A stretch of 64,000 nt of DNA from an uncultured Verrucomicrobia subdivision 3 bacterium (lineage in GTDB: Bacteria; Verrucomicrobiota; Verrucomicrobiia; Limisphaerales; UBA11358). A model generated the notes under the pieces. The model saw only the letters and a list, made by a program, of their open reading frames with translations. It ran no database searches and had not been told where the DNA came from. This document shows, in pieces, positions 56,516 to 64,000 of the stretch. Within the stretch, counting starts at the first letter, position 1; each line of letters begins with the position of its first letter. The stretch is from NCBI GenBank assembly GCA_903944085.1, contig CAJAQO010000038.1, forward strand, positions 4,787 through 68,786, written 5' to 3'. The translations under genes were made by a program, and so were the position numbers.

Positions 56516-57828
56516 AAATCATCCTCCCGCCACGAAAGCGTCCGCTGGTCGTTGAGTCCGATGTGCACGATGGCTTGAATCCGCTGCCGCGCGCCGGTGG
56601 AGGTGATTTTTCCCTCGCTCAAAATGCAGAAGGTTTCCGACCGCGCGGTCACCAGCGGCGCGACTTGCTTGAAAATGTCGCGCGTGAAATCCGGCACCTT
56701 CAGCAGTTCGGCCGGGCTGGCAAAAAACCCGCCGGACTGCCGTTGCGAAATGATGGCTTGCGCCAGCTCGCGCGTCACGCCCGGCAGGCAGACCAGCACG
56801 TCCAGACCGGCCGTGTTGATGTTGATCGCGCCCGCCAGATTTTGTCCGTTGTCCGTCGTCACGTTGTCGGCGATGTCCATGAAAAGATTTTCGTCCACCA
56901 CAGTGTTGCCCGATTGATCGGCGTTGTTTGCACCGCCCGCAGCCTGCCCATTTTGATTTTGTGGCGGCGTGACGTCCAGCAAATCGGCGATGCTTTGAAA
57001 CTGATGCTGCCCGCGATACGCGACAATCGCCCGCGCCATCGGCCGCGTGATGCCCCGGATGCCGGTCAGGGAACTTTCATCGGCGGATTGAATGTTGACG
57101 CGGTTTTCGCCGGCGGCGTTCAAATTTTGCACCGACGAATCCACGGTTAAAATTCCCGCCCAGCCCAAATCCTCGCTGTCAACCGACCCAGCCGACTCAT
57201 TTTCTTCCGCCGCCGCGAGCATTCCGTTTTGGTGGGCATCCCGGCCCAAAAGCAAATCCGGCGTGACGCCGCGCACCATCAGCAGTTCGCGCACGGTTTG
57301 AAACGGGCCGTTGCGCGGCTGATACGGCGGCTGCAAGCCGGCATAATACTGCGCTTCCGCCGCGACGGTCGTGCTGTCGCCGCCGCGCCAGTTCACGATG
57401 GCGGTGGCCACGTCGGGCGTCATGTTTTGCAGCTTGGCCAGTTCGTCGCCGCTGGCCGTGTTTAGATTGAGCCGACTTTCTTCGTCACTAACGCCAAAAA
57501 TAATTCCGCCGCCTTCGTCCGTCCGCCCACGACGAACCACACTGAAAACACCGCGACCAAATTGGACCTCGCGAAATTCCTGCGGATCATCGTAAAAATT
57601 TCCACTGTGATTTTTTTGCGTGCGGCTGCGGTCGTGGGCGTCGCGATACAGCAGCGCCTTGGCTTTTTCGATGCCCGCCAGCGCGAGATAATGCGCCTGA
57701 ATCCGGTCGCCATAATTTTTCACCACGAGCAAATCCATCCGCGCCGTGTGCAGCACGCCGATGACGATGATTGACAGCAGCGCCAGACACCAGAGCAGTC
57801 CGACCAGGATGGAAGCTCGTTGTCGCAT
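56512..57828 (-). CDS. gspK: T2SS minor pseudopilin GspK
   Basis: MRQRASILVGLLWCLALLSIIV is an N-terminal anchor. GspK-type features follow (NLNTAS..EL..L, ININTAG). The start at 57828 lies 5 nt after the gspJ stop; the track ORF extends to 57906. Confidence 0.75.
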   Translation of the reverse strand: MRQRASILVGLLWCLALLSIIVIGVLHTARMDLLVVKNYGDRIQAHYLALAGIEKAKALLYRDAHDRSRTQKNHSGNFYDDPQEFREVQFGRGVFSVVRRGRTDEGGGIIFGVSDEESRLNLNTASGDELAKLQNMTPDVATAIVNWRGGDSTTVAAEAQYYAGLQPPYQPRNGPFQTVRELLMVRGVTPDLLLGRDAHQNGMLAAAEENESAGSVDSEDLGWAGILTVDSSVQNLNAAGENRVNIQSADESSLTGIRGITRPMARAIVAYRGQHQFQSIADLLDVTPPQNQNGQAAGGANNADQSGNTVVDENLFMDIADNVTTDNGQNLAGAININTAGLDVLVCLPGVTRELAQAIISQRQSGGFFASPAELLKVPDFTRDIFKQVAPLVTARSETFCILSEGKITSTGARQRIQAIVHIGLNDQRTLSWREDDL

Positions 57829-57832
57829 CGTC

Positions 57833-58630
57833 TTAATTATTGCCTCCATTGTCCGGCGGCTGACCGGGCGAAGCGGGGTTGTCGGAATTTCCGGCGGCGG
57901 AAGCACTGGAATTATTTTGCGTCGTCGCCGCCAGATTCAAACGCGCGACGGTTTGAAAAACGAGCGGCGGTTCAGGCTTTGCTTCACTCGTCAACGCATC
58001 CGGATTTTTTTTTCTGGGCTTGGAATCCAGCAGCAGCGTGATGCGCACGGCATCCGGCAGGCCGGATAAATTATTTTGTTCGCGCGTCGAAGTTTGCGGT
58101 TTGCCCGGCGATTTCACTTCGCCCCAGGAATCATACCAATCCGTCCCGTCAAAATATTCCAGCTTCAAGCCGACCACGCCTTTCGCGATCTCTTCTTTGC
58201 TGCCGCCGGCGAGCGCATCCAGCGCAATGGTCGGATTGCGCCGGCGCCAGAGGCTGAATTGTCCCGTCTCCAAATCCTTGTCGAGATAAAAACTTTCCTG
58301 GCAAAAATCACCTTCGCGGGCGTGGCGCGGCGTGTAATTGTGCGTCGCAAAATCCAAATTATCCGCTTCGATGTTGCCGACCGTCCGCGTCATGCCGAGA
58401 AAATCGTCCGACTTGGACAACGGACACGCGGCGCGCAAATCCGCCGACATGAGCGCCAGCGCCACGCGGCCGTTCTGGATGATTTCGGCGCGCGGCTCGA
58501 TCAGTTTTTGCGCGGAAAACCCCGCGCCCAGACACAGGTAGGCACTCACTAAAATCAACGCCATCAACGCCGAGCTGATCATCACTTCGATTAAAGTAAA
58601 CCCGCTGGAGTGCGCCTGTCCCGGGCGCAC
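57833..58630 (-). CDS. gspJ: T2SS minor pseudopilin GspJ
   Basis: GFTLIEVMISSALMALILVSAY is a prepilin motif. I prefer the GTG at 58630, which gives the leader (M)RPGQAHSS-GFTLIE, because the longer ORF to 58744 reads through a family A repeat fragment. Confidence 0.7.
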   Translation of the reverse strand: MRPGQAHSSGFTLIEVMISSALMALILVSAYLCLGAGFSAQKLIEPRAEIIQNGRVALALMSADLRAACPLSKSDDFLGMTRTVGNIEADNLDFATHNYTPRHAREGDFCQESFYLDKDLETGQFSLWRRRNPTIALDALAGGSKEEIAKGVVGLKLEYFDGTDWYDSWGEVKSPGKPQTSTREQNNLSGLPDAVRITLLLDSKPRKKNPDALTSEAKPEPPLVFQTVARLNLAATTQNNSSASAAGNSDNPASPGQPPDNGGNN

Positions 58631-58682
58631 CAATACTGATATTTCCGATGCATCAAGAAAACCCGGACGCGCTTTGTATTTC

Positions 58683-58716
58683 AACGTTGCTGCGCCCGAA
58701 GACGGGCGCACTCCGG
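58683..58716. repeat. repeat family A 3' fragment in the gspI-gspJ junction
   Basis: CGTTGCTGCGCCCGAAGACGGGCGCACTCCGG compared with CGTTGCAGCGCCCGGGGACGGGCGCGCTCCGG at about 13186-13217. Confidence 0.5.
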
Positions 58717-58740
58717 GGTCAGGTGAAAATCGTTGCGCGT

Positions 58741-59154
58741 TCATGGCCGGCCACCTTTCACTTTCGACGATTTTGTTTTGCTCGACGAATTCGCCGGAAT
58801 CTCGAACAGCAAGGTTTTCAGCTCGTAAATTTCCGCGCCAGTCTGCGAATTTTCCACCACCACGTCCACGTCATGCAATCCGTCAATGTCCGTGGGGCTG
58901 ACGGTTTCCTTCCAGCGGTAAAGCGGCAGGCCCGCGCCGCAATCGCCATTGTCCGTCTCATCAACCAGATCTTTTTCTGCGCGCAACAATTCGATTTGTC
59001 CAGCCGCGAACAGCGCGGCGGTGGTTTGCAATTCCGATTCCTTGCTCGACGCCAGCGCCGTGGTGATGCCCTGCGTCAGCCCGACCAGTGCGATGGCCAG
59101 AATCAAGACGGCCACCATGACCTCGATGAGCGAGAATCCGGCGCGGTGATTCAT
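58741..59154 (-). CDS. gspI: T2SS minor pseudopilin GspI
   Basis: MNHRAGFSLIEVMVAVLILAIALVGL. Size is typical of GspI. Confidence 0.75.
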   Translation of the reverse strand: MNHRAGFSLIEVMVAVLILAIALVGLTQGITTALASSKESELQTTAALFAAGQIELLRAEKDLVDETDNGDCGAGLPLYRWKETVSPTDIDGLHDVDVVVENSQTGAEIYELKTLLFEIPANSSSKTKSSKVKGGRP

Positions 59155-59723
59155 GGCTGCGCCTCGCGTTCCATTTCGATGACGTGGACCCGCGCCGTGA
59201 CTGGGTTGATGTGCAACAGCAGCCGGAAACCCTCGCGGTCGCGGAGCGTGATGTCGCCGGCATCTGCCGTGCCGTCGGGATAAAATGAAATCACCACGCC
59301 GTTCAAATCGTTTTCCGTCGCCGGAGCTTCGGCGGCGGTATCGGCGGCGGGAGCCAGATCGCCCGGCTGATGAAACTCCACCGCGATCCGCGAATCCAGT
59401 TCGCCTTTGTCGCCGGGCACATCATCGGCAGGCACAAACTTTTCTTGCCCGTTTTCGGTCACTTGTTTTTCGACCAGATAACGCCCGGTTTTTTCATCAA
59501 GCCGCACGCGGCGAAGCTGGTTCAGGCTCACCGCCCGGCTGTAGGCGAGGTCGAAGACGTTGATCAGTTCACGGCTCGTCGAACGCAGCAGCGCGTCCTG
59601 AAAAGTCCCTTTCATTTCGGGAATCATCATCGCGGTCATGATGCCGATGATGGTGATCACCACCATCAATTCAATGAGCGTGAAGCCAGCCCGCCTGCGC
59701 TGCCATGACAGTTTTAAATTCAT
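59151..59723 (-). CDS. gspH: T2SS minor pseudopilin GspH
   Basis: [29 protein letters not shown]. Its ATG overlaps the gspG TGA by 1 nt. The track ORF extends to 59789. Confidence 0.7.
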   Translation of the reverse strand: MNLKLSWQRRRAGFTLIELMVVITIIGIMTAMMIPEMKGTFQDALLRSTSRELINVFDLAYSRAVSLNQLRRVRLDEKTGRYLVEKQVTENGQEKFVPADDVPGDKGELDSRIAVEFHQPGDLAPAADTAAEAPATENDLNGVVISFYPDGTADAGDITLRDREGFRLLLHINPVTARVHVIEMEREAQP

Positions 59724-60166
59724 CACCAATTGCCGATGTCCGCATTCGGGCCTTCGCCGCCGTCCGCGCCATCCGCGCCGCGCGACCAAAGATCAAAGCT
59801 GGTTGGATGATGAGTGCCGGGAAAAGCATATTGATACGGATTGCCCCACGGATCGTTGCGCAACTGCTTGATGTAAGGCCCGCGCCATTTTGAATCGGCA
59901 CCGGCTTCCGCGCCCGCTGGCGGGTCAACGAGCACTTTCAAACCTTCTTCCGCCGTCGGGTAGCGGTCCATGTGGATGTAAAAACGTTCGAGCGCGGATT
60001 CGAGTTCGGCGACCTGCGATTTGGCGGCGCTGATTTTCGCGTCCTGCGTCGTGCCCATGAACTGCGGAATGATCGTCGCCGCCAGAATGCCGAGGATGAT
60101 CACGACCACCATGATTTCAATCAGCGTAAATGCGGCTGAACTGTTTTTCTTCAATTGTATTTTCAT
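59723..60166 (-). CDS. gspG: T2SS major pseudopilin GspG
   Basis: AFTLIEIMVVVIILGILAA.I.P........AK....A...I..L..AL..F..D...YP. and DPWG..Y.Y are GspG signatures. Confidence 0.9.
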   Translation of the reverse strand: MKIQLKKNSSAAFTLIEIMVVVIILGILAATIIPQFMGTTQDAKISAAKSQVAELESALERFYIHMDRYPTAEEGLKVLVDPPAGAEAGADSKWRGPYIKQLRNDPWGNPYQYAFPGTHHPTSFDLWSRGADGADGGEGPNADIGNW

Positions 60167-60194
60167 GCGTTTAATTATTGATTGGTTGAAAAGA

Positions 60195-61439
60195 TTAGTG
60201 AATTGCCCGGCTCATCTTGAAAATTGGCAGCAAAATCGCGATGACCATGAACCCGACGAGCGCGCCGACGACCAGAATCAGCGCCGGCGCGAGCAGCGAA
60301 ATTAAAATTTTCGTCCGCGCCCGCATCTGGCGCTCCTCGATCTCCGCGACTTTTAGCAGCATCTCGTCGAGTTTGCCGGTCTGTTCGCCGACATCAATCA
60401 TCTGGATCATCGTGCGCGGAAAAATACCGAGCTTGCGCAGCGGCGTCGCCAGCGAATCGCCGCCGCGCGTTTCTTCCGCCACGCTCGCCACCTGCTGCGC
60501 CAAAATCTGGTTGCCAATGGTGTTCTCGACAATTTTCAGCGCGGGTAGCAGCGAAACGCCGCTTTTCACCAGCGTGCCCAGCGTCCGCGCAAAACGTCCC
60601 AACGCCGCCGCGCGCACGACCGGGCCGATCAAGGGAATGCGCAATTTCAGTTTGTCCCAATTTTTCGCGCCGTCGGGTCGGCGCAAATACCAGCGCACGC
60701 CAAAAGCGGTTGCGACCAGTCCGATCAAAAGCCAGGGCCAGTAGTGATGCAGTCCGTGACTGACTTTCAGTAGAATCAAAGTGGGCAATGGCAGCACCGG
60801 CAGCATGTCTTGCAACATGCTGAAAAGTTTTGGCAAAACAACCGTCAGCAAAACCGTCACGGTGCAAATGCCGAAAATGAGAACAAAAACCGGATACGCC
60901 ACCGCCGACACGACTTCGCCGCGCACTTCGTCCTCGTGTTCGAGCAGGTCGGCGAGGTCGGCCATGACTTTGGGCAGCACGCCGCCTTCTTCGCCGACGC
61001 GCACCATGCTGGAATATAATTTGCCGAACCGCTGCGGATGTTCTTCCAGCGCCGCCGAAAATGCCGCGCCTTTGCGCACCGAGTCGGCGATTTTTAAAAT
61101 GATTTCCTTGAGCGCCGGATTTTCCTCCTCTTCACCGAGACTGTCCAGCGCCTGCGGAATCGGAATCGCTGCGCCGAGCAGCGCGCTGATTTCGCGTGTC
61201 AAGGCCGTGATGTCTTTGCGCTTGATGCGCTGGCCAAAAGAAACCTCCGCCAGCGTTTGGGCTTTGGTTGCCACCGCGGAGGTTTTTATTTCGCCGTTCG
61301 CGGAATTAATTTCCAGTTGCGACGGAAACAGCCCGCGCTGGCCGAGCAGCCGGAGCGCGCTTTTGCGGTCGTCAGCTTCGATGACGCCCGCGACGCTCGC
61401 GCCGCTTTCTTCGACGGCCTGATAACGGAACTCGCTCAT
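60195..61439 (-). CDS. gspF: T2SS inner-membrane platform protein GspF
   Basis: Two GspF repeats and three TM helices. The C-terminus reads AILLPIFKMSRAI. Confidence 0.95.
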   Translation of the reverse strand: MSEFRYQAVEESGASVAGVIEADDRKSALRLLGQRGLFPSQLEINSANGEIKTSAVATKAQTLAEVSFGQRIKRKDITALTREISALLGAAIPIPQALDSLGEEEENPALKEIILKIADSVRKGAAFSAALEEHPQRFGKLYSSMVRVGEEGGVLPKVMADLADLLEHEDEVRGEVVSAVAYPVFVLIFGICTVTVLLTVVLPKLFSMLQDMLPVLPLPTLILLKVSHGLHHYWPWLLIGLVATAFGVRWYLRRPDGAKNWDKLKLRIPLIGPVVRAAALGRFARTLGTLVKSGVSLLPALKIVENTIGNQILAQQVASVAEETRGGDSLATPLRKLGIFPRTMIQMIDVGEQTGKLDEMLLKVAEIEERQMRARTKILISLLAPALILVVGALVGFMVIAILLPIFKMSRAIH

Positions 61440-63145
61440 TCCTGCAAATCTCCCGAGGACACGCGCAAAATTTCTTCGAGCGACGTGATGCCGGCGGCGG
61501 CTTTTTGCAGCGCGTCCTGGTGCATCGTCATCATGCTTTTTTGCGCGGTGGATTTCAGCTCGGCGTTGGAACGCTTTTGCAAAATCATCTCCTTCAACTC
61601 CGGCGTCAGCGACAGCAGTTCAAAAATGCCGATGCGCCCGCGATAGCCGGTATTGCGACATTCTTCGCAACCTTTGCCGGTGTAAAAAACGCCATCAATC
61701 CGTCGGCCGCTCAATGCTTCGATTTTATCGCGCAGGATCGAAGCCACGGCCGTTTCAACGCGGCAGCTTGGGCAAATTTTCCGCACCAGCCGCTGCGCCA
61801 AAACGCCTTCGAGCGAGGACGCGATCAAAAAAGCTTCGACGCCCATGTCAATCAGCCGCGTGACCGCGCCGGTGGCGTCGTTGGTGTGCAGCGTGCTGAA
61901 AACCTGATGGCCGGTGAGCGCGGCGCGAATGGCGATCTCGGCCGTCTCCGAATCACGGATTTCGCCGACCATCACGACATCGGGATCTTGCCGCAAAATC
62001 GCGCGCAGGCCGGTGGCAAAAGTGAAATTGCGGCTCGGCCGCACGGGGATTTGGGCGACGCCGGGCAGCTCGTATTCCACCGGATCTTCGATGGTGAGAA
62101 TTTTCAGCTCCGGCGTGTAGATGCTTTGCAGGATCGAATAAAGCGTCGTGGTCTTGCCGCTGCCCGTCGGCCCGGTCGTCAGAAAAAGCCCGTGCGGTTT
62201 TTCGACGAGTGCGGAAAGCATTTTCGAACGCTTCGCATCCAGACCGAGTTCCTCCGCCGTGGAGACTTTTGAATTTTTTTCCAGCAACCGCATCACCAAA
62301 CTTTCACCGTAAATCGTCGGCATCGTGCCCACGCGGATGTCCACGCGCGCGCCGCGATGATTGATTTGAATGTGTCCGTCCTGCGGCATGAAGCGCTCGG
62401 CGATGTTCATGTCCGCCATGATTTTGATGCGCGAGACGAGCGCGGCGTGAAGATGTTTCGGCGGCGGCGGATTTTCCTGCAACAAGCCGTCCACGCGATA
62501 GCGCAGTTGCAGCGTGTTCTCGAACGGCACGAGATGAATGTCGCTGGCGCGTTCGCGCAGCGCGGTGGCGATGATCAAATTCACCAGGTTGACGACGGTT
62601 GGCTCATTGGCCATTACCTCGATGTCGTGAAGGTTTTTTACTTCGCCATTCGTTTTGGCGGGGTCAAGATTTTCAATCATCTTTTCCACCGTCACCGAAT
62701 AGCACTCGGAAATTTTCGCGGCGATCTCCGCCGCCGGCGCTTCGAACTCCTCGACTTCCAGCCCGCTTAACAGCCGGATGTCGTCAATCACCCGCTGGTT
62801 GCCCGGCGCAGAAGCGGCGATGCGAATGGTGCCATTGCCGATTTCAAAGGGAAGAATGCCGTGCCGCTTGACAAATTCGGCGGGCAGCACGCGGATGATT
62901 TCGGGCGACACCGCAAGCTTGGCGAGGTTGCTCACCTGCCCGTCATGCAATTCGGGCTCGGGCAAGATGCCGGCACCTTGCCCGGTCACCGGGCCGTTTT
63001 CACAGGCCAAACCTCCAGTTGATTTGTTCATACCATCGCCATCCATCCGACAAATTTGCAAAAAGCTCCGCACGCAATCGGCATCTGCACGGAGTCCCTG
63101 ATATTTAGTTCTATGGTGAACATCATTAAAAGCAAAAAGTTTCAA
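61436..63145 (-). CDS. gspE: T2SS ATPase GspE
   Basis: T2SSE N-domain, Walker A GPTGSGKTTT, the Asp box, Walker B ILRQDPDVVMVGEIRD, the His box, and a tetracysteine CPSC...CEEC. The start is ambiguous (Met at 63046 or 63031 is more likely than 63145). Confidence 0.95.
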   Translation of the reverse strand: MKLFAFNDVHHRTKYQGLRADADCVRSFLQICRMDGDGMNKSTGGLACENGPVTGQGAGILPEPELHDGQVSNLAKLAVSPEIIRVLPAEFVKRHGILPFEIGNGTIRIAASAPGNQRVIDDIRLLSGLEVEEFEAPAAEIAAKISECYSVTVEKMIENLDPAKTNGEVKNLHDIEVMANEPTVVNLVNLIIATALRERASDIHLVPFENTLQLRYRVDGLLQENPPPPKHLHAALVSRIKIMADMNIAERFMPQDGHIQINHRGARVDIRVGTMPTIYGESLVMRLLEKNSKVSTAEELGLDAKRSKMLSALVEKPHGLFLTTGPTGSGKTTTLYSILQSIYTPELKILTIEDPVEYELPGVAQIPVRPSRNFTFATGLRAILRQDPDVVMVGEIRDSETAEIAIRAALTGHQVFSTLHTNDATGAVTRLIDMGVEAFLIASSLEGVLAQRLVRKICPSCRVETAVASILRDKIEALSGRRIDGVFYTGKGCEECRNTGYRGRIGIFELLSLTPELKEMILQKRSNAELKSTAQKSMMTMHQDALQKAAAGITSLEEILRVSSGDLQE

Positions 63146-63407
63146 AATGTTATCGAGTCCGCTGGACTGATATCGGACCTCGAGGCCCGCACCGGCGCAG
63201 GAATTTCATGGCAAAGCTTGCCCGCGATGGCAACTTTTACCATCAGGGTTGACGCAAATAATCCGGGGCGTGAAAACTGGCCTGCCGGTTTTGCTGCTGT
63301 TCGGCCTTGCTGGAATTTAGCCGTAAGGCCCGAACCCGGGAAAAGTTTTGTTCAATTCGGGTCCAGCCGGCCAGCTGAAGTTCTCCAGTTCTTACTTGGC
63401 AGGGCAG

Positions 63408-63438
63408 GGAAAAAAAACCATGCATGGGAAATGGTTTT
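63408..63438 (-). terminator. rho-independent terminator of the ZIP transporter gene
   Basis: Minus strand reads AAAACCAT-ttcccatgc-ATGGTTTT followed by TTT. Confidence 0.65.
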
Positions 63439-63497
63439 CATATTCGCCGCAAAAACGGCCAAGCCGATGGCACGCCGGATTTACGCGCTAAAACCGC

Positions 63498-64000
63498 TCA
63501 AGGCTGCCCGGCTTCGAACTGCTTGATGAGAATGGCCACGGACAACCCGGCCAGCAGCGCGACCGAGAGCTTGAAGCGATCGTGCGAATGAAATTGCAGC
63601 TCTGGCAGCAGATCGCTGCTCGCGATGCAGAGGAACGAGCCCGCGCAAAATGCGAGCGAACAGCCGAGCACCGCTCCGTGGGTGTCGGTAAAATGACTGG
63701 CCCCAAAATAAAACAGCGCCGCGCCGAGCGGACTCGCCAGCGCGAACAAACCATTCAAAACGTGCCGCGAAAACCGCGATTTGCCGCCAGCATGCATCAG
63801 GGTGGACACGGCCATCGCGTCAAACGGTTTGTGGAGAATCACGACTAGGGCGACACCGAGTCCGGCCAGTTGCTCGTGTCCTTGTGCGCCGGTGGCGACA
63901 GCGGCGGCCAAGGCCAGTCCGTCCAGCAGCGAGTGCAGCGTCATCCCCAGTGCCGTGCCGACCCAGGAAAGTTGCTGGGCGGATTTGTCGGCGAGGGTAT
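63498..64000 (-). CDS. ZIP-family divalent metal transporter (3' part; gene runs off the right edge)
   Basis: LHSLLDGLAL, ILHKPFDAMA and TM-rich sequence are ZIP/ZupT-like. The frame stays open upstream of the track Met to position 64000 (..SWVGTALGMTLHS). Confidence 0.8.
   Translation of the reverse strand, partial: TLADKSAQQLSWVGTALGMTLHSLLDGLALAAAVATGAQGHEQLAGLGVALVVILHKPFDAMAVSTLMHAGGKSRFSRHVLNGLFALASPLGAALFYFGASHFTDTHGAVLGCSLAFCAGSFLCIASSDLLPELQFHSHDRFKLSVALLAGLSVAILIKQFEAGQP

Noticed and set aside
63056-63526. 156-aa plus-strand ORF spanning the gspE start, the intergenic region and the ZIP gene terminator
   Set aside because: It overlaps the 5' end of gspE and the 3' end of the ZIP gene on the opposite strand, and contains the terminator hairpin. 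It has no protein-like features.
1-64000. rRNA or tRNA genes, IS elements with transposases, prophage or integrase genes, toxin-antitoxin pairs
   Set aside because: No cloverleaf-like or rRNA-like sequence was seen in any intergenic gap. No transposase, integrase or phage-structural motif was seen in any frame I read. A tRNAscan/Infernal run is needed for certainty.

Overview
GC-rich chromosomal window that looks Verrucomicrobiota/PVC-like. This is an inference from giant exoproteins with autotransporter-associated beta-strand repeats, a PEP-CTERM protein, an H-X9-DG prepilin-like protein, and dense GC-rich hairpin repeat families. I support about 50 CDSs. Most are housekeeping (nadA, carA, guaD-type deaminase, pckG, icd, prc-like S41 protease, yacG, msrA, frr, ftsB, mnmE, hisH, rlmN, comB-like, thrH, uvrD-like) or transporters (MFS, P1B ATPase, EamA, ZIP). 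Two giant secreted repeat proteins are present: 2170 aa (sedolisin + beta-strand repeats + five InlB-type B-repeats) and 1773 aa (beta-strand repeats + orphan P-domain). An 11-gene type II secretion operon lies on the minus strand at 50.7-63.1 kb, in the order gspE-F-G-H-I-J-K-L-M, C-like, D. I found no rRNA, tRNA, CRISPR, IS element or prophage. Many long ORFs in the track are antisense shadows of real genes. The most unusual signal is at 2521-2662, in a 1.3-kb gene-less gap: seven exactly 21-bp-phased units, each carrying a CCTTTGAAGG-centred inverted repeat. On the minus strand this array is followed by a Shine-Dalgarno-preceded 29-codon sORF and an intrinsic terminator, so it may be an operator/centromere-like array or a multi-hairpin RNA. 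Other points worth a second look: 7-nt-period tandem repeat elements inserted in-frame into mnmE, rlmN and uvrD; a shared C-terminal domain ending in RFYRL on both giant proteins; repeat elements that encode the C-terminal tails of two transporters; a PEP-CTERM gene with one in-frame TAA; and an unannotated 34-codon lysine-rich ORF with its own terminator. All functional calls rest on motif-level recognition by eye. No database search was run.
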